Below, in pieces: positions 1 through 12,679 of a stretch of 64,000 nucleotides of DNA (its first letter is position 1; the number at the start of each line of letters is the position of its first letter). The notes under the pieces are model-generated. The model was not told where the DNA came from. It worked only from the letters and a program-made list of their open reading frames with translations, and searched no databases. The position numbers and the translations under genes are program-made. The stretch lies in the NCBI GenBank assembly GCA_011109175.1, contig RDEW01000009.1:826875-890874 (forward strand), written 5' to 3'. This DNA comes from Dicyema japonicum. Its lineage: Eukaryota > Animalia > Dicyemida.

Positions 1-899
1 TGAAATCTTGGATATGATGTAAGCTTTGTTTGAATAAGAACAGTGTGCATATAATAGTTTTGTAAGAAGTTGTATAAATCAATACATTTTTTGAAAAGTT
101 TGTTGATAATTCATATCTAATTAAAGAAAGCTTGACGTTTGTCCCATAGCCTCTAACAAGCAAACTCCCTGGAGCCCACAAAAGCCCGTATTTCCCATAT
201 AACTGAATAGTCGTAGTCGCATAGGCACGTTCCTCGGTATTAAGGATTCCAGTGACATTGGAGAGGGGGAAACTAATTTTTAATGATATCTTTGTTCTGA
301 AGTTTATGATATGGAATTAAATATGTTTCAGTTTTCACGGTCGCAGAATCATAGACTATCAAATATTACACAAGTCCATCCAGGACCAGCGAAAAAAGTC
401 CTTGCAGTTGTGTGAACCCCTTCAATGTCTCCGCAACGGTAGGACGTGTGATGAAAATGGAAGAGGGCAGACCTACTTCTCCACCACGTAAACCAGTGAT
501 GGACTATTGAAGGATAGATTTGGTCGGTACATGCAGACGTTCTCCCTTTAGTTCATCCTTGAATTAATTAGTTATGACTACTGTGCTGGGCTTATAAAAG
601 ATTGTAGTCCTAGGATTAATAAATAAATAATATGTGGGAGGCCAGCTATCAGCTGAAAGTGATGGGCTCTCCCATAAATCCATTTGAGTTATTGATGATT
701 CTGTCCCAAAAAGATTTTATTATTATATGACCAAGTTGGTCAGGTTGAAGTTCACATGAATTCATAACTCATCTTCTCATGGTGAACTTTTTAGATAGAG
801 GTAGAATTAAAATCTATCTAGTGTAGTAGAAATGTTATTTTATTAATTTTTTATTTTGGTTAATCGAAGCAGGATTCTTTGAGTCATTAAAAATGTAGA

Positions 900-2081
900 T
901 TTTGCATTGGAAGAAATGTTCCCGTTTCCCCAATTTTGGACACCTTGGGTGCTATAAGCTAACAAGAAGGACCGCACAATCTCTGCCAAATTGGTCATTC
1001 CTCTCATGACTTGGGAATAGCGGCGAACGGAGGGAGCCCTCCCCTGGACCTATCTAACACGGATGAATGCCTACGCCGTTTGAATCGTCTTGTGTCGGAT
1101 AGGGTTATCTCACTTAGGATCCCAAGGTCCACGCGTATAACACCTGCCTCTTGTCTTCAAAGCTAATAACCAAGGAGGTCGATGACAATACTCAAGATGC
1201 CTGGATAGACCTTTTCTGCTTTGCACCTTTTGTCCTCGGATCACATCCAACCAAACTGAAAGAAGGGAACCTCAATTCAATCATCAAGAGAAATGCCTCT
1301 AAATGCGATACTGTTAACCTGGCGACTGCACTGGGAAGTCATGCTGATCATTCCCCCTCATCGTCTAGGATCAAAAGAGACAAGTAGGATATATGCAAAG
1401 AAGTGAATAAGAAGGTCATGGTCGGGGACATTCGGGGTGCCCTGAGTACGCTCTCCAGCAATGACACGGTTTTTTCACCAACTAAAGAAACCCTTGAACT
1501 CATCATCCAAAAACAACACCCCGTCGGATCTACGCGAGACAAAAATTGGGAAGAACATTCCACATTTGGCAACCACCACAGGTGATATACGATCTGCTAT
1601 TTCATCTTTCCCAGGAAGCAGCAGTGCTGGCTTGGACGAGTTACGTCCGAGCCATATGAAAGACTTTATTTCTTCCACAACCGCCGATGTGGGGAATTCC
1701 ATCATTAATTCAATAAAGACCCTTACAGACTGCATTCCTCGGGCTGATATCTCCGAGTATGCCAGAGGACTCCTCTTTGTATCCAAACTGATTGCCTTTA
1801 GAAAGTCTAAAACCCATCGCTATATACAACTGACGGCGAAGATTGCTGCCAGAGCAGCGAGCAAGACTCAAAGCCCCCTAAGCTCTACTCAACTTGGGGT
1901 TGGAGTTCCTCATGGATGCGATGCAGTAATCCACTCAATCCGAAACTTTGCTGCCAATCCGCCAGAAACTACGCATGCTATAATAGTCAAACTAGGCATC
2001 TGCGATGCTTTCAATAGCATTCTCAGAAATAGAATCATAGAAGCTAGCATTTCAATAGCATTCGCAGAAATAGAATCATAG
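900..2081 (+). mobile_element. Decayed CRE-like (RLE-type) non-LTR retrotransposon, 5' part, interrupted by an RTE LINE
   Basis: Frameshifted RT motifs (SFPGSSSAGLDELRPSHMK, QLGVGVPHGCDAVIHSIR, DAFNSILR). Similar to the copy at 21290-22420 and continues at about 4830. Confidence 0.75.
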
Positions 2082-4822
2082 GTCTTGGATTCGCCATTCA
2101 CAGAAAACTATCATCTGACATCAGTCGCATTTGGCGGGTGAATGACAGGATCTGCGTAATACAGATACACTTGAACAATCAATGTTTCCCTAAAAATACA
2201 CTAACGATTATAAATGTATATGCACCACACTGTGGAAGAGTGGCAAAAAACCCGACCGAACTGGATGAATTCTACTCAGCATTATTAAAGACGTATAATG
2301 AATATGAGTCGTCCTCACTTATATTCATTGCTGGCGATCTGAATGCGAAAATCGGAACAAAAAAGAACTCAGAAGATACCTTCATGGGAAGACACGGACG
2401 TGGGAAAAGAAATTTGCCTGGGACCATACTTGGCCATTTCTGCACGGCAAACAAACTGTTCTTGTGCAACACCGCATTCTCTCATCGTGCATGCCACATA
2501 ACCACTTGGATGGGCGAACGAAGAAACCCAGAAGGAAAACTAGTCCCTATATACAACCAGATTGATTATATTATATGCCGGATCAATGACAAACGCTCTC
2601 TTATAAACGCACGCTCATACGAAGGTTCAACAACTGTCAGCGATTACAGAATGGTTATTGTCACCTTCAGCCTGGCGAATCATGGTATCAAACATAAGAA
2701 ACATAATAACATTACAAACAATAATAATGAGAATACAAGAAATGGATATGCAACGGAAAAACTGATTTCTAATCCAAACACAGTCAAAAGTTATCAAAAA
2801 CAATTCTGCTCTTATCTGAAGGACCAAACAGTAGGAATTTCGTGGGATCACACGAAGTATATAATAAACGAAGCAGCAAGCCAGTACCTCGGCACGCGGG
2901 AGATGGCCAGTAAGGGTCTGACGACACAGAACTAGAACTAGTAAAGGAATTAGCAAAGGAGTTAAAGGAAATCCATACAAAAAAACTAATCGAAAAAGAC
3001 TATAACATGAGAAAAGTCTTTCAGGGGCAGAGGGACCAAATCCGTAGAAAAATCAGGAGACTGAACAAGACACTTCACCAAGAAGAACTTCTTCGCAAAA
3101 TCAATGAAGTATCCAAACTAAAGGATAACTCACAAATGTATATGGCCGCTCGTTTACTACGCCACACAAACCGGAAGGAACGAATAATCATCAAAGACAA
3201 AAATGGCAAGACAATACTTAATACTGAAAAGCAAGCGGAGGCAATTGCAACACATTTTGAGAAACTTTTCAATGTGACTACAGCAATCCTCCCATTCAAA
3301 AGAAAGCCAAGACACCTAAAAAACAATTACAATTTTGGAAGTAAAAAAAGCATGTCAAAAACTAAGAAATTACAGAAGCCCCGGACCAGATACGATAAAC
3401 CCAGAATTACTGAAATACGGCCCTCTTTTTAAAAAAATCGCTACACTACTAAATGAAATGTTTTCAACTAACTCAACTTTACCCCTGAGAATGAGATTAC
3501 TAATACCTATACAAAAAACCCAATAAACCCAAAGGACCGGATGAAAACGACTTATTATATTATCAAATTCTCTACGGAAAGTCTTAGCTAACATTGTATT
3601 GGAACGAACAAAAGGACCCGCCTATGAATACCTACCCGAAAGTCAAAGTGGGTTCAGAGAAGGAAGATCAACAGTTGATGCAGTCCGGAGTCACAGATGG
3701 AGATGTGCACCACATCAAAGATATTGCAATGCCACCCACATTCTGGGAATAAATCTATCAAAAGTCTTGACTCGGTTAACAGGAACAAATTGATGACAGT
3801 GCTGGAAGGGTTTCTTGACGAATCGAGTCTAAGAATGATCCAAATCCTTCTATCTAACATAGAGCTCCTTGTGAGAGTTGGAAAAACCTACTCAAAAAAT
3901 TTGAAACAAACACAGGCACTTCTCAAGGAGACTCACTCTCTCCATTAATATTCACAATATACTTGGAGGCCGCTATGACGGAACTGAGACCATTATACCA
4001 AGGTAAAATAGAAGTGATTTATGCTGATGATTTCGACCTAATTTCTGAAGACAAAGAACTCCTGGAGCATGTACTAGAAAGAGCACCAGATATACTTGAG
4101 AAATGGTTTCTCACCGTGAACAGGGAAAAAACAGAACGGACAGAGATAAGAAGAATGAACAACTCACTCGAAGAAAAATGGAGACACATAAAGAAACTTG
4201 GCTCACTACTAGGAGATAGCGAAGACATCATACGGAGAAAAACATTGGCAAATGCGGCATTACAACGGCTTAAAAATCTTTGGCTAAAACGGAAAGGATG
4301 TAACATAAAACAAAGGATTATGTTATTCGACACTTTCATCAAACCAATTCTACTATACAACTCTGGGACCTGGGCCACCTCCAAAGAGGAATTAGAGAGG
4401 CTAGACTCATTTCACAGGAATCATCTAAGAAACATAACTGGAATGTCCTGGCCATCCAAGATCTCGCGGAATGGACTGTACAATAAGTGTGACTGTAAAC
4501 CATTAAGCCACGAGATCATTAGCTCTCGTTGGAGACTTTTTGGACACGTCCTGAGGTTGGACCCGATATCCCCTCCGAACATCGCAATGGAAGATTACTA
4601 CTCCTCCAATGTAAAACGCTTTCGTGGAAGATCGAGAACTACCCTCCCAGTCGTTCTACAAAACGATCTGAAAGCAGTGAAGAAAACATTGGCATCTGGT
4701 GACGATTTGGACTCACTGAGGGACCTAGCAAAGAACAGAAGAGCTTGGAGCAACCTAACTAATTCTCTTATATTTTTTGCTGCACATGCGGGGCTTTCGT
4801 GAAAGTGCTAATAATAATAATA
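2082..4822 (+). mobile_element. RTE-clade LINE (APE + RT), frameshifted, with (TAA)n tail
   Basis: APE motifs INVYAP, AGDLNAK, NQIDYI and SD(Y)RMV. RT motifs SPGPD, QSGFREGRST and YADD. C-terminal RWRLFGHVLRL/GRSRTT. Ends taataataatag at about 4810-4822. Confidence 0.9.
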
Positions 4823-4829
4823 GCATCTC

Positions 4830-6070
4830 TAAGATCCCGGAAATTAGCAGAATGGTGAAACTTTCATATGGTTCCCCAAGACTGGAGTCCAACAACACTC
4901 TTTGCCTCGGGCATCGACTGTGCAGCATCAGCGATCGGAATTCCACTGAACTTATGGTACCTGGACCGTCGGAGGGAATTGGGAAATTGTATTGGCAGAA
5001 GTCGAGTCCGCCATCTCTGCACTTGCAGCACTTGGTTTGGAACCGAATCCGCATAGATGTGAAATCATAAATGTTGTTTGCTGAGAGGTCGAATTTGATT
5101 GTGCAGTGGCAAATTTTACTTATCTCCGGGATGTCTCGGTCACCCGATTCGAAAACGCAATTTTTCTTGGCTCTCCTCTATACGAAAGTAATGTGTCAAT
5201 TCTCCAGAAAGAAAAAAATGCATCCTTTCAATGTTTCACATTAGATTTAAAAACCCTGGACTCCCACACGTCTTTATTATTGCTAAGGAATATTAACCTT
5301 ACGCCACTCCTTTTTCTTCTACGGACAGCCCCGTGTTTTACTGATATGAACTTCTTAAGAGCCATTGACGAGAAACTGAAAACTGCCGTTGAAGAAATAC
5401 TCAACATTTCTTTTGATAAAACTGGCTGGATCCAATGCAAACTACCCGTTCGCTATTGAGGAATCGGAATACGCTACCACTAGAACTCGCCCTCCCTGCC
5501 TTTCTATCTTCGACATATGCTTTTAGTGGTCTCACGCGCCAGATCCTACGCTACATTAACAGATCGGACGCTGAACCTGTGGCATCCATGCCTCGGGACG
5601 TCTGGACATGACTGAGTCTGGGATTCCGAAGAACGCTAATAAACAACGAGAATAGGACAAGCTTCTATGCTCAAAGATTATAGATAAGATAAAACCTGTG
5701 CTTGATCAGCATCGTCTAGCTTCTGCATCTCATCGAAAGTGGTGTCTGGCTCAGAGCATTACCATGCATCTCACTTGTGACACTATTGGATGACAACGCG
5801 ACGAGAATTAGGGTTTCCGTTCACCTCGGAATAGATGTTTTCACGATCCATCGCTCTAGATGTGGAAGAATGGTAGGCGCGAAAGGTTTTCACGCTTTTT
5901 CCTGCCGAAGGAGTGCTGGAAGAAGTCCAAGACACGCCGCAATCAACTGAGTTATTGCTTGTGGACTTGAGGCTGCTAGATTTCCTGTCTAATTGGAGCC
6001 GCCCAGACTCGCTCCAACCAACCAAAGACCGCACGGCCATGATGTTAAAATATCGAGACGTCAAGAAGCA
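4830..6070 (+). mobile_element. CRE-like element, 3' part (decayed RT and RLE)
   Basis: PLNLWYLD, FLGSP, FLLRTAPC, QCKLPVRY*GIG and RHAAIN motifs in shifting frames. Confidence 0.7.
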
Positions 6071-6099
6071 TCGTCGAGGCTTCTGGAATGTTGTTTCGT

Positions 6100-6640
6100 C
6101 TTGACCAATTATTTGATCATTTGTGAGAGAGTAAGAGTTTCTTGTCTCCCAGTAATATAAATGAAGGTTAAATAATGCGGGAGAGAAGACAGAGTTTCGT
6201 ATAACTCCATTTGGTAACAAGAGTCCTGCTCATTCTACCAGACATGAAAGACGTTAGCCAATTCTGCAAAAAACACAACTCTTTTCGCGAGAGCAATAAT
6301 TCTTATACCTCCATACACGCAGGACACATAATTTATTAAAAACAGTTATGATAACTAATAGTAGAAAAAAACTAAGAAATATCTCTGAAAAATTAATCGT
6401 AGAAAAGGAACTAAGAAATATCTCTAATAATTCTCTTGGAGATGTCTTGAAGTTCTATTAAAAACTTTGCTTATTTCGATAGATGCAAGAACAGTTCGGA
6501 GAGGTGGTTTATGGTTATTGAATCCGTCGGCGATAAAGTCAGTCAATTTAGTAAAGTGAGTAGTAGTGGAATGCTGTGGTCGAAAGTTTTGATATTGATA
6601 AATTGATAAATGGGTGATGTCGCTGAGCATGACTCTTTAA
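6100..6640 (-). mobile_element. Ingi/I-like LINE RT fragment with a SINE remnant at about 6300-6425
   Basis: FRPQHSTTT, DGFNNHKPPLRTVLASIEISKVFN and LPNGV..SVFSPALFNL. Confidence 0.65.
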
Positions 6641-6814
6641 AAGAATTTTTGCAAGTGGCAAAAAAAGAGGCAGAAAGATCAGAGACTCCCGTTCCAATTT
6701 AATTAAATTATTTTAATAATTTTATATATTTATTATAATAATTTGTTTTTTTAATTTAATTAAAATCCAATACTTTGGTTGTTTTTTCTATCTCAAAATT
6801 TGGAATCTGATTTC

Positions 6815-8009
6815 ATGTCACTTGATTTTAAATTGACAGCCCTTGCATCTCATAAAGATCATATTACTCCTTCTTACCTAGCCATTATTAGAAAAATAAG
6901 GGAAAATCTTAAGACAAAAAATACTGGTCCTTCTACAGTGCATGGTAAAATTTAGTTTATCAAATATAGGGGGTTGTACTCTTACTAGCTTAAGAAATGG
7001 AGCAATTATTATGATTCAAACTACTGAAATAGTTTATCCAATGGTTGATGATCCTTACATCATGGGGAGAATTGCATGTTCATGTGTTTTAAGCGATATA
7101 TACTCATATGGAATAACAGAGTGTCAAAATATTCTCATGTTCTTCGGACTAAGCACTAATTTGTCTGAAAAAGATAAAGACGTTGTTTCTAAGAGCATTT
7201 TTAAAGGATTTAAAGATCAAGCAAGAGTTGCTGGAGCTGAGGTTAATGGGGGACAAACAGTTTTGAATCCATGGGTTACATTGGGTGGATCAGCTACTTC
7301 TATTTGTTCCGAAAATGAGATTATTTAGTAATTTTAAATAAAAATTTTTAGTCCATATAATTCAGATACTGGAGATGTGTTAATTTTAACAAAACCTTTG
7401 GGAACTGAGATTGCAGTTAAAGCTTTTCAATGTTTAAATGATCCTAAGAATTCTGTCTCATTGCTTAAATTCACCACTACGAGTGAAGTAACAAACGCGT
7501 ATAACGTTGCTATTCAATCAATGACAAGACTAAATAAATCTGGTTTAAAAGTAATTAAATGACTTTTTAGCTGCCACTCTCATGAAAAAATATTCTGCCA
7601 AAGCAGCAGTTACTATCTCTGAAAGGGGTCTTATTGGTCACGCTCAAGATTTAGCTTTGATTCAAAAAAATGCCGTCAATTTTCATTTTTATAGTTTTCC
7701 TATGATTGCAAATACGGCTAAAATTGGCAAAGCTATGGATTGGTTTAATAATGTTCAGCCTGGTTCCATCTCCGAAGTTAATGGTTTTAGCAATATTTAT
7801 TGATAGGAGGTCTTTTAATTGTAATATCAGGAGAAAATGCTAATCTTTTTTGCAATGATATGCTCATAACTGAAGGATACAGACCTTGGATTATCGGGGT
7901 TGTCGCCGTTGGCGACCGTAATGCGTGTCTTGAAAATTGTTATCATATCACAGAGGTTCAAAATATAAGTGCTGTTGATAATTGGACTGGTAGTGGTGTT
8001 TTCTCTTAA
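6815..8009 (+). CDS. SEPHS1: Selenophosphate synthetase (SelD/SPS1-like), divergent and lacking catalytic motifs; 5 exons
   Basis: Introns 6945-6969, 7328-7351, 7543-7570 and 7784-7806 (all GT-AG) join one open frame. Motifs YPMVDDPYIMGRIAC, GGQTVLNPW, GDVLILTKPLGT, MTRLN and GGLL. Confidence 0.9.
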
Positions 8010-8929
8010 TTATTGTTAATTTTTTTTATTTTCAAGAATTAAAATTCATAGATTTTTAAAAGAAAATTATGATTCAGTTTTGGATTCAAATGTTGAAAAT
8101 TGATTGTAATTAGGATTTCCTGAAGGGTTCTAAATTCATCGCATATTAAATTATTGACAAATTCACACAATGAAGGATAGTTTATTTTTGAACCGGTCGC
8201 AGTCGAAACCTCGAAGATCATCGGGAGTAGTTCACTAACCCTGCTAAATTGTAGTTGATTATCGAGAGAGAAGTTGGCCTATTGGGAGAATTTTCTTACA
8301 AATCGTGATGAGAAATGTGTTTTCAATCTTGAGAGCAGCCATCCTTATTGATAGATGTGTTTAGCTAGTTTAGAATTATTATTGGGGTAGGTAAGGGAAA
8401 TGAGTTAGTTAAATATGACTTAAATTCTTCGCCAGTACTAGTCGGCTGAACGTAACATCGGGTCTGACAGTCGTGAGTTCGATCCGAAAGATGGAATTTA
8501 CAGTGAAGATCAATTATCATCAAACAGATCCTATCCGTGAGGTGACGAGTCCTTCTGGTACGACACACTAGTTGAAAGAGGTCTACCTACCTTCTCCTTG
8601 ACTAACTACAGATTAATCCACAAAAATACATTTAAGCGGTAAGTTAATCAAAATTTCGACCTCTTCTATCTAGGAAACCGCCCACATGGTCCTTTGAATT
8701 TACCAGCGATGAATTTATTAGTTACCTTCCTGAAGTGACTTTAACTTAACTTTTATTAACAAGGAAATCAAAGAGGGAATTAGTTGGTTTCGATTTTTAT
8801 TAGAATTACAGAGATATCATTAAAATCTAAGCTTTACATTTTCAACTTTAACAACTTTATTAGCAAGTAAAATTAAGAGGAAGTTAGTTGGCCTCAGAAT
8901 TTTTCTTGCAATACTCCTATTAATTTAAT

Positions 8930-9172
8930 TTATTAACACCGGATACACCGAAAAAGAAGTAAAAAACTAGTTAAGTGCATTCAGCTTCCACTGCTACCAA
9001 AAAAGAGTCCATCTGGAACCAGCATAGAAAGTAAAAGACGTCGATTACTTGCAGTTGTGGAAACCCCTCCAGTGGTGTGGGGAGAGAGATCCTTTTTGGT
9101 GCCAGCCTGACACTGGGCGCCTCTTGAGACAGGTGGATCACATGACGCCACTTAGTAGGAAGTGAAATTAAA
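8930..9172 (-). mobile_element. Short non-autonomous retroelement (pseudoknot head, body, stem and (TAA)n tail)
   Basis: Body repeated at 48628-48786, 49472-49640 and about 370-425. Head aligns with 22487-22550. Confidence 0.75.
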
Positions 9173-10640
9173 TTATTAACCCCGGCTTCGCCAGCAAGTG
9201 GGAAGCCGGCGACCATCAGAGAGCGTGCAGTCCGGACAGGCCGCTCCCAGAGATCCTCGACTTTTGCATCCGGTGGTCCAGGGCAGGGAAAAAGGTCCCG
9301 AACTACTCTGCCAGCCAGAAAAGGGTGGTGTCCACATCGTAGGCGAGCCAGTCCGATTCTGATCTTCCTCGGGAGCGATTGTTCCGTTTGACTGATATCA
9401 GGGGGGAAGCGCTTCAAGACTTTGTTATATTGAAGTGTCCTAATGGCTCGTGTTGAGATGAAATCATGGATTCGGCAGGTCCAAGTTGAGTCTTCTTGAG
9501 GGGGGTGACTTTCGACAAGGCTCTTTGTAGGTCAAAGAGGGTCCTGCGTATGTATCTGCGGTTATTGTTACTTAGCAGAGCGTGAACTGGGTGATTCGGG
9601 TCGAACGACTGCCGTAGGAATTGTAAATTACGCATTTCCAGGTGGTCATAGAGCGGGAGGATTTTCGACTCCCAATGTAAATGGTCGGTGGGGGTTGACT
9701 TTAAGCAGCCAGTTATTATTCTCAGCGCCGAGTTTTGCACTTTCTGCAGTTCTTGAGAAAGGGACAAGGAGATTGAGGGGGCCCAACTTGGTGAGGCGTA
9801 GTTGAGTGTAGTCCTGATGAACTGTTTGTAGAAAGAGTTAAGTTTTCTTTTTGCTGGCCGTTTGAGTGGCCAGCTACTGCCCGTAATATGTTAAGTTTCC
9901 GCTTGGCTTTTGTCATTACTTCCTCCATTTGTCTGTTAAAACAGAGTGAAGGATCGAAGACAACTCCAAGGATCTTCGGGTATTTATTTAAGGGGAGTGG
10001 TTCGTCTCCCAACGAGAGTGTGGGGTTTAGGTTGAATTGTCTTCGATCGGTTGTGAACAGGGTAGCTGATGACTTCGAGGTGGAAACACTCATCCAGTCG
10101 GATAGCAAGTTCAGGTGGTACTGCACTTTTTCGGTGGCCAGTCGAACATCGCCACTCCTGGATGGGATTACTAGATCATCGGCATATGTCAATAGTAACG
10201 TATTTTGGGTTGTTGGGATGTCTTTGACGTAAAGGTTGAAAAGTGAGGGTGAAAGGACTGATCCCTGGGGAACACCGTTTGGTAGGAGTCGATATCTTGA
10301 TTGATTTGAATATAGACACGTATGACCCAGTCTTCCCGAGAGGAAATTTGTGAGCCATGACTTCCATACAGAGGGAATATTTGAAGAATAGATCTTGTTG
10401 CAGAGGACCACACGGGAGATTCTGTCGAAAGCTTTAGTTAGGTCAATAGAGGCCAAGACAGTTCGTTCCGGGGGTTTGCAGTTGTTGAAACCGTTGGAGA
10501 TGTATTGGGTTAGTGTCAGTAAGTGCGTGGTGGTCGAGTGTAAAGGACGGAAACCATGTTGTGAGTCGGAGAGGTCGAGGTAGGGGTGATTTCGTTAAGA
10601 ATGATCCTTTCGAGGATTTTTGAGACAACAGATGTTAAGG
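9173..10640 (-). mobile_element. 5'-truncated Ingi/I-like LINE (RT to 3' end, no RNase H seen)
   Basis: PPERTVLASIDLTKAFD, GVPQGSVLSPSLFNLY, YADD, PKILGVVFD, QNSALRIITGC and LPRKIRIGLARLRCGH. Ends ccggggttaataat. Clade assignment is from memory. Confidence 0.85.
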
Positions 10641-10775
10641 AAATTGGCCTGAACGAAGAGGGCAAGGAGGAGGCTTTGTTGTTCAAGGAGGAGGAAGTGA
10701 AAGAGAATTAGGTCAATTAAATTTAAGTTAAAATATAAAATTATAAATACACATATTAATTATTTTTTAAATTAG

Positions 10776-12484
10776 ATGACCAGTGATATTTTTGAAACTG
10801 TTGAATTCATAAGCAATACGAATGTGATTTTAATTAAAATAATATAGAGCAATGGTTACACCAGAGTGCTAGTTCTTACAATCTTGATTACCGTGCTTGG
10901 TGGTTCTTTTCAGTTTGGTTATCAATTGGGAGCCATCAATCAACCTGAAATAGTTAAATTTAAGGTTAAAATAGAAAATACTTGAATTTATTGAAACAAA
11001 TATTAACGAAAAGTATAAAACAAACATTACAAAATCTACTGTTGTCATCCTATTTTCTTTGGCAGTTTCTGCACTCTGTGTTGGCGGTATGATCGGAGGA
11101 CTTTGTGGGTGCAAAATTTCTGATAGATTTGGCAGGTTTGTATTTTTAAATCTATTTGAGGCGCAAATGTTTAATGATCGCTGCTTTTATCTCTATCGTA
11201 GGAGAAGTTTTACAATTTTGTACTCTATTTTTTAATTCCTATTATTCTTTGCTTACTGGAAGATTTTTTACCGGAATTGGATGTGGTTTGCTATTGTATT
11301 ATTACAGGAATTTTTACTGCTGTGGTTCCTTTATACATTAGTGAAATATCTCCTCCAAGTAAACGGGGATTTACCGGTTCATTACATCAAATTATGATTA
11401 TCGTTGGTGTTCTTGTTTCCCAAACACTTGGACTTGAGTTTATTCTTGGGGATGCAAATAGTTGGCCAATTCTTTTATGTAAATAGAATGTTTAAAACAA
11501 TTTTTTAGCTTTAAGTGGTGTTACTGCTATGTTTCTTTTAATTATCTTACCTTTTTGCCCATCATCGCCATTTTATCTTATTTTTATGAGAAATGATATG
11601 CAAGGAGCTACTGAAAGTTAAAAATTTTAATTTAATTTAGCTTTGAAACGATTGAGGGGTGTAACCGATGTTGAAGAAGAAATAAGGGAAATATACGAAG
11701 AGAAAGGTTTAATATCTATATCGAAAGTATTATTTACATAAATATGTTTTAGTGCACATTCAAAGAATTAATTTCAGACGAATCATCTAGAAATGGTCTT
11801 TTTGTTTCTTTGTATTTGCATGTGTCTCAACAATTGTCTGGAATTAATACCGTTGTAGTCAATTTTACTTTAGGTTGTTTTTTACTCTACTTCGATATTT
11901 TTAATGGCTGGACTTTCCAATAGTTTTGCGTCTATTTCTACAATATTACTTGGTGTCGTTCAATTAATTACTTGCATTGTTTTTGGTCCATGTATTGATA
12001 AATATGGACGGCGTTTAATATTTATTATCAGTCTTTCTGGGTGTACAATTTCACTTGTTCTTCTTACGGCCTCTTTACTTTATAAGGTATTTTTTATTTA
12101 TTTGTAAAGAATGAATGGCCAGTATTTTCATATGTAGCTGTTGTATTCGTTGCTCTTTATGTGGGATTTTTCGGAATTGGAACTGGTATATAACTTTATT
12201 ATATCTATAGGTTCCGTACCTTGGATAATGACACCTGAACTCTTTACTCCAAATTATAGGGATACTGGAATTAGTATTTCGATTTTTTTCAATTGGGCTG
12301 CAAACGTTACAGTGGGTAATTTGTATCCAATTATGCAAGTCTGGTTTTTTAATATTGTTAGGATAAAATTGGAGTATATAGTTTTCTTCCGTTTATAGTT
12401 ATTTCTTCCATTTTTATTTTTCTAATCAATAAATACTGTCCAGAAACAACTCGCTATAATCGAGGACCATTGATCAAATCTTAA
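10776..12484 (+). CDS. SLC2A: Facilitated glucose transporter (GLUT/SLC2A class I-like, MFS); about 12 exons
   Basis: GSFQFGYQLGAINQPE, DRFGR|R, PLYISEISPPSKRG, QQLSGIN, DKYGRR, GSVPW..PELF and PETT. 11 introns of 22-30 nt. Confidence 0.93.
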
Positions 12485-12679
12485 TTGAGCTTACTTACCA
12501 TTAGATTATTTAACATATGTCACTGTCATATTAATTAATACACGAATAAATTAATTTTTGTTCGCAAATTGAATTAAAAATATGAAATTTCATAAATTTT
12601 TAATTAGATATATTGGATATTAAAATTTATCTGAGAAAAGAACCTAAAAAGAATGTTCTCACTTCGAGGAAAAATGTAC

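Noticed and set aside
4019-4384. Many 60-150 aa antisense or alternative-frame ORFs in the track
   Set aside because: They are shadows of TE or gene frames with no independent motifs.
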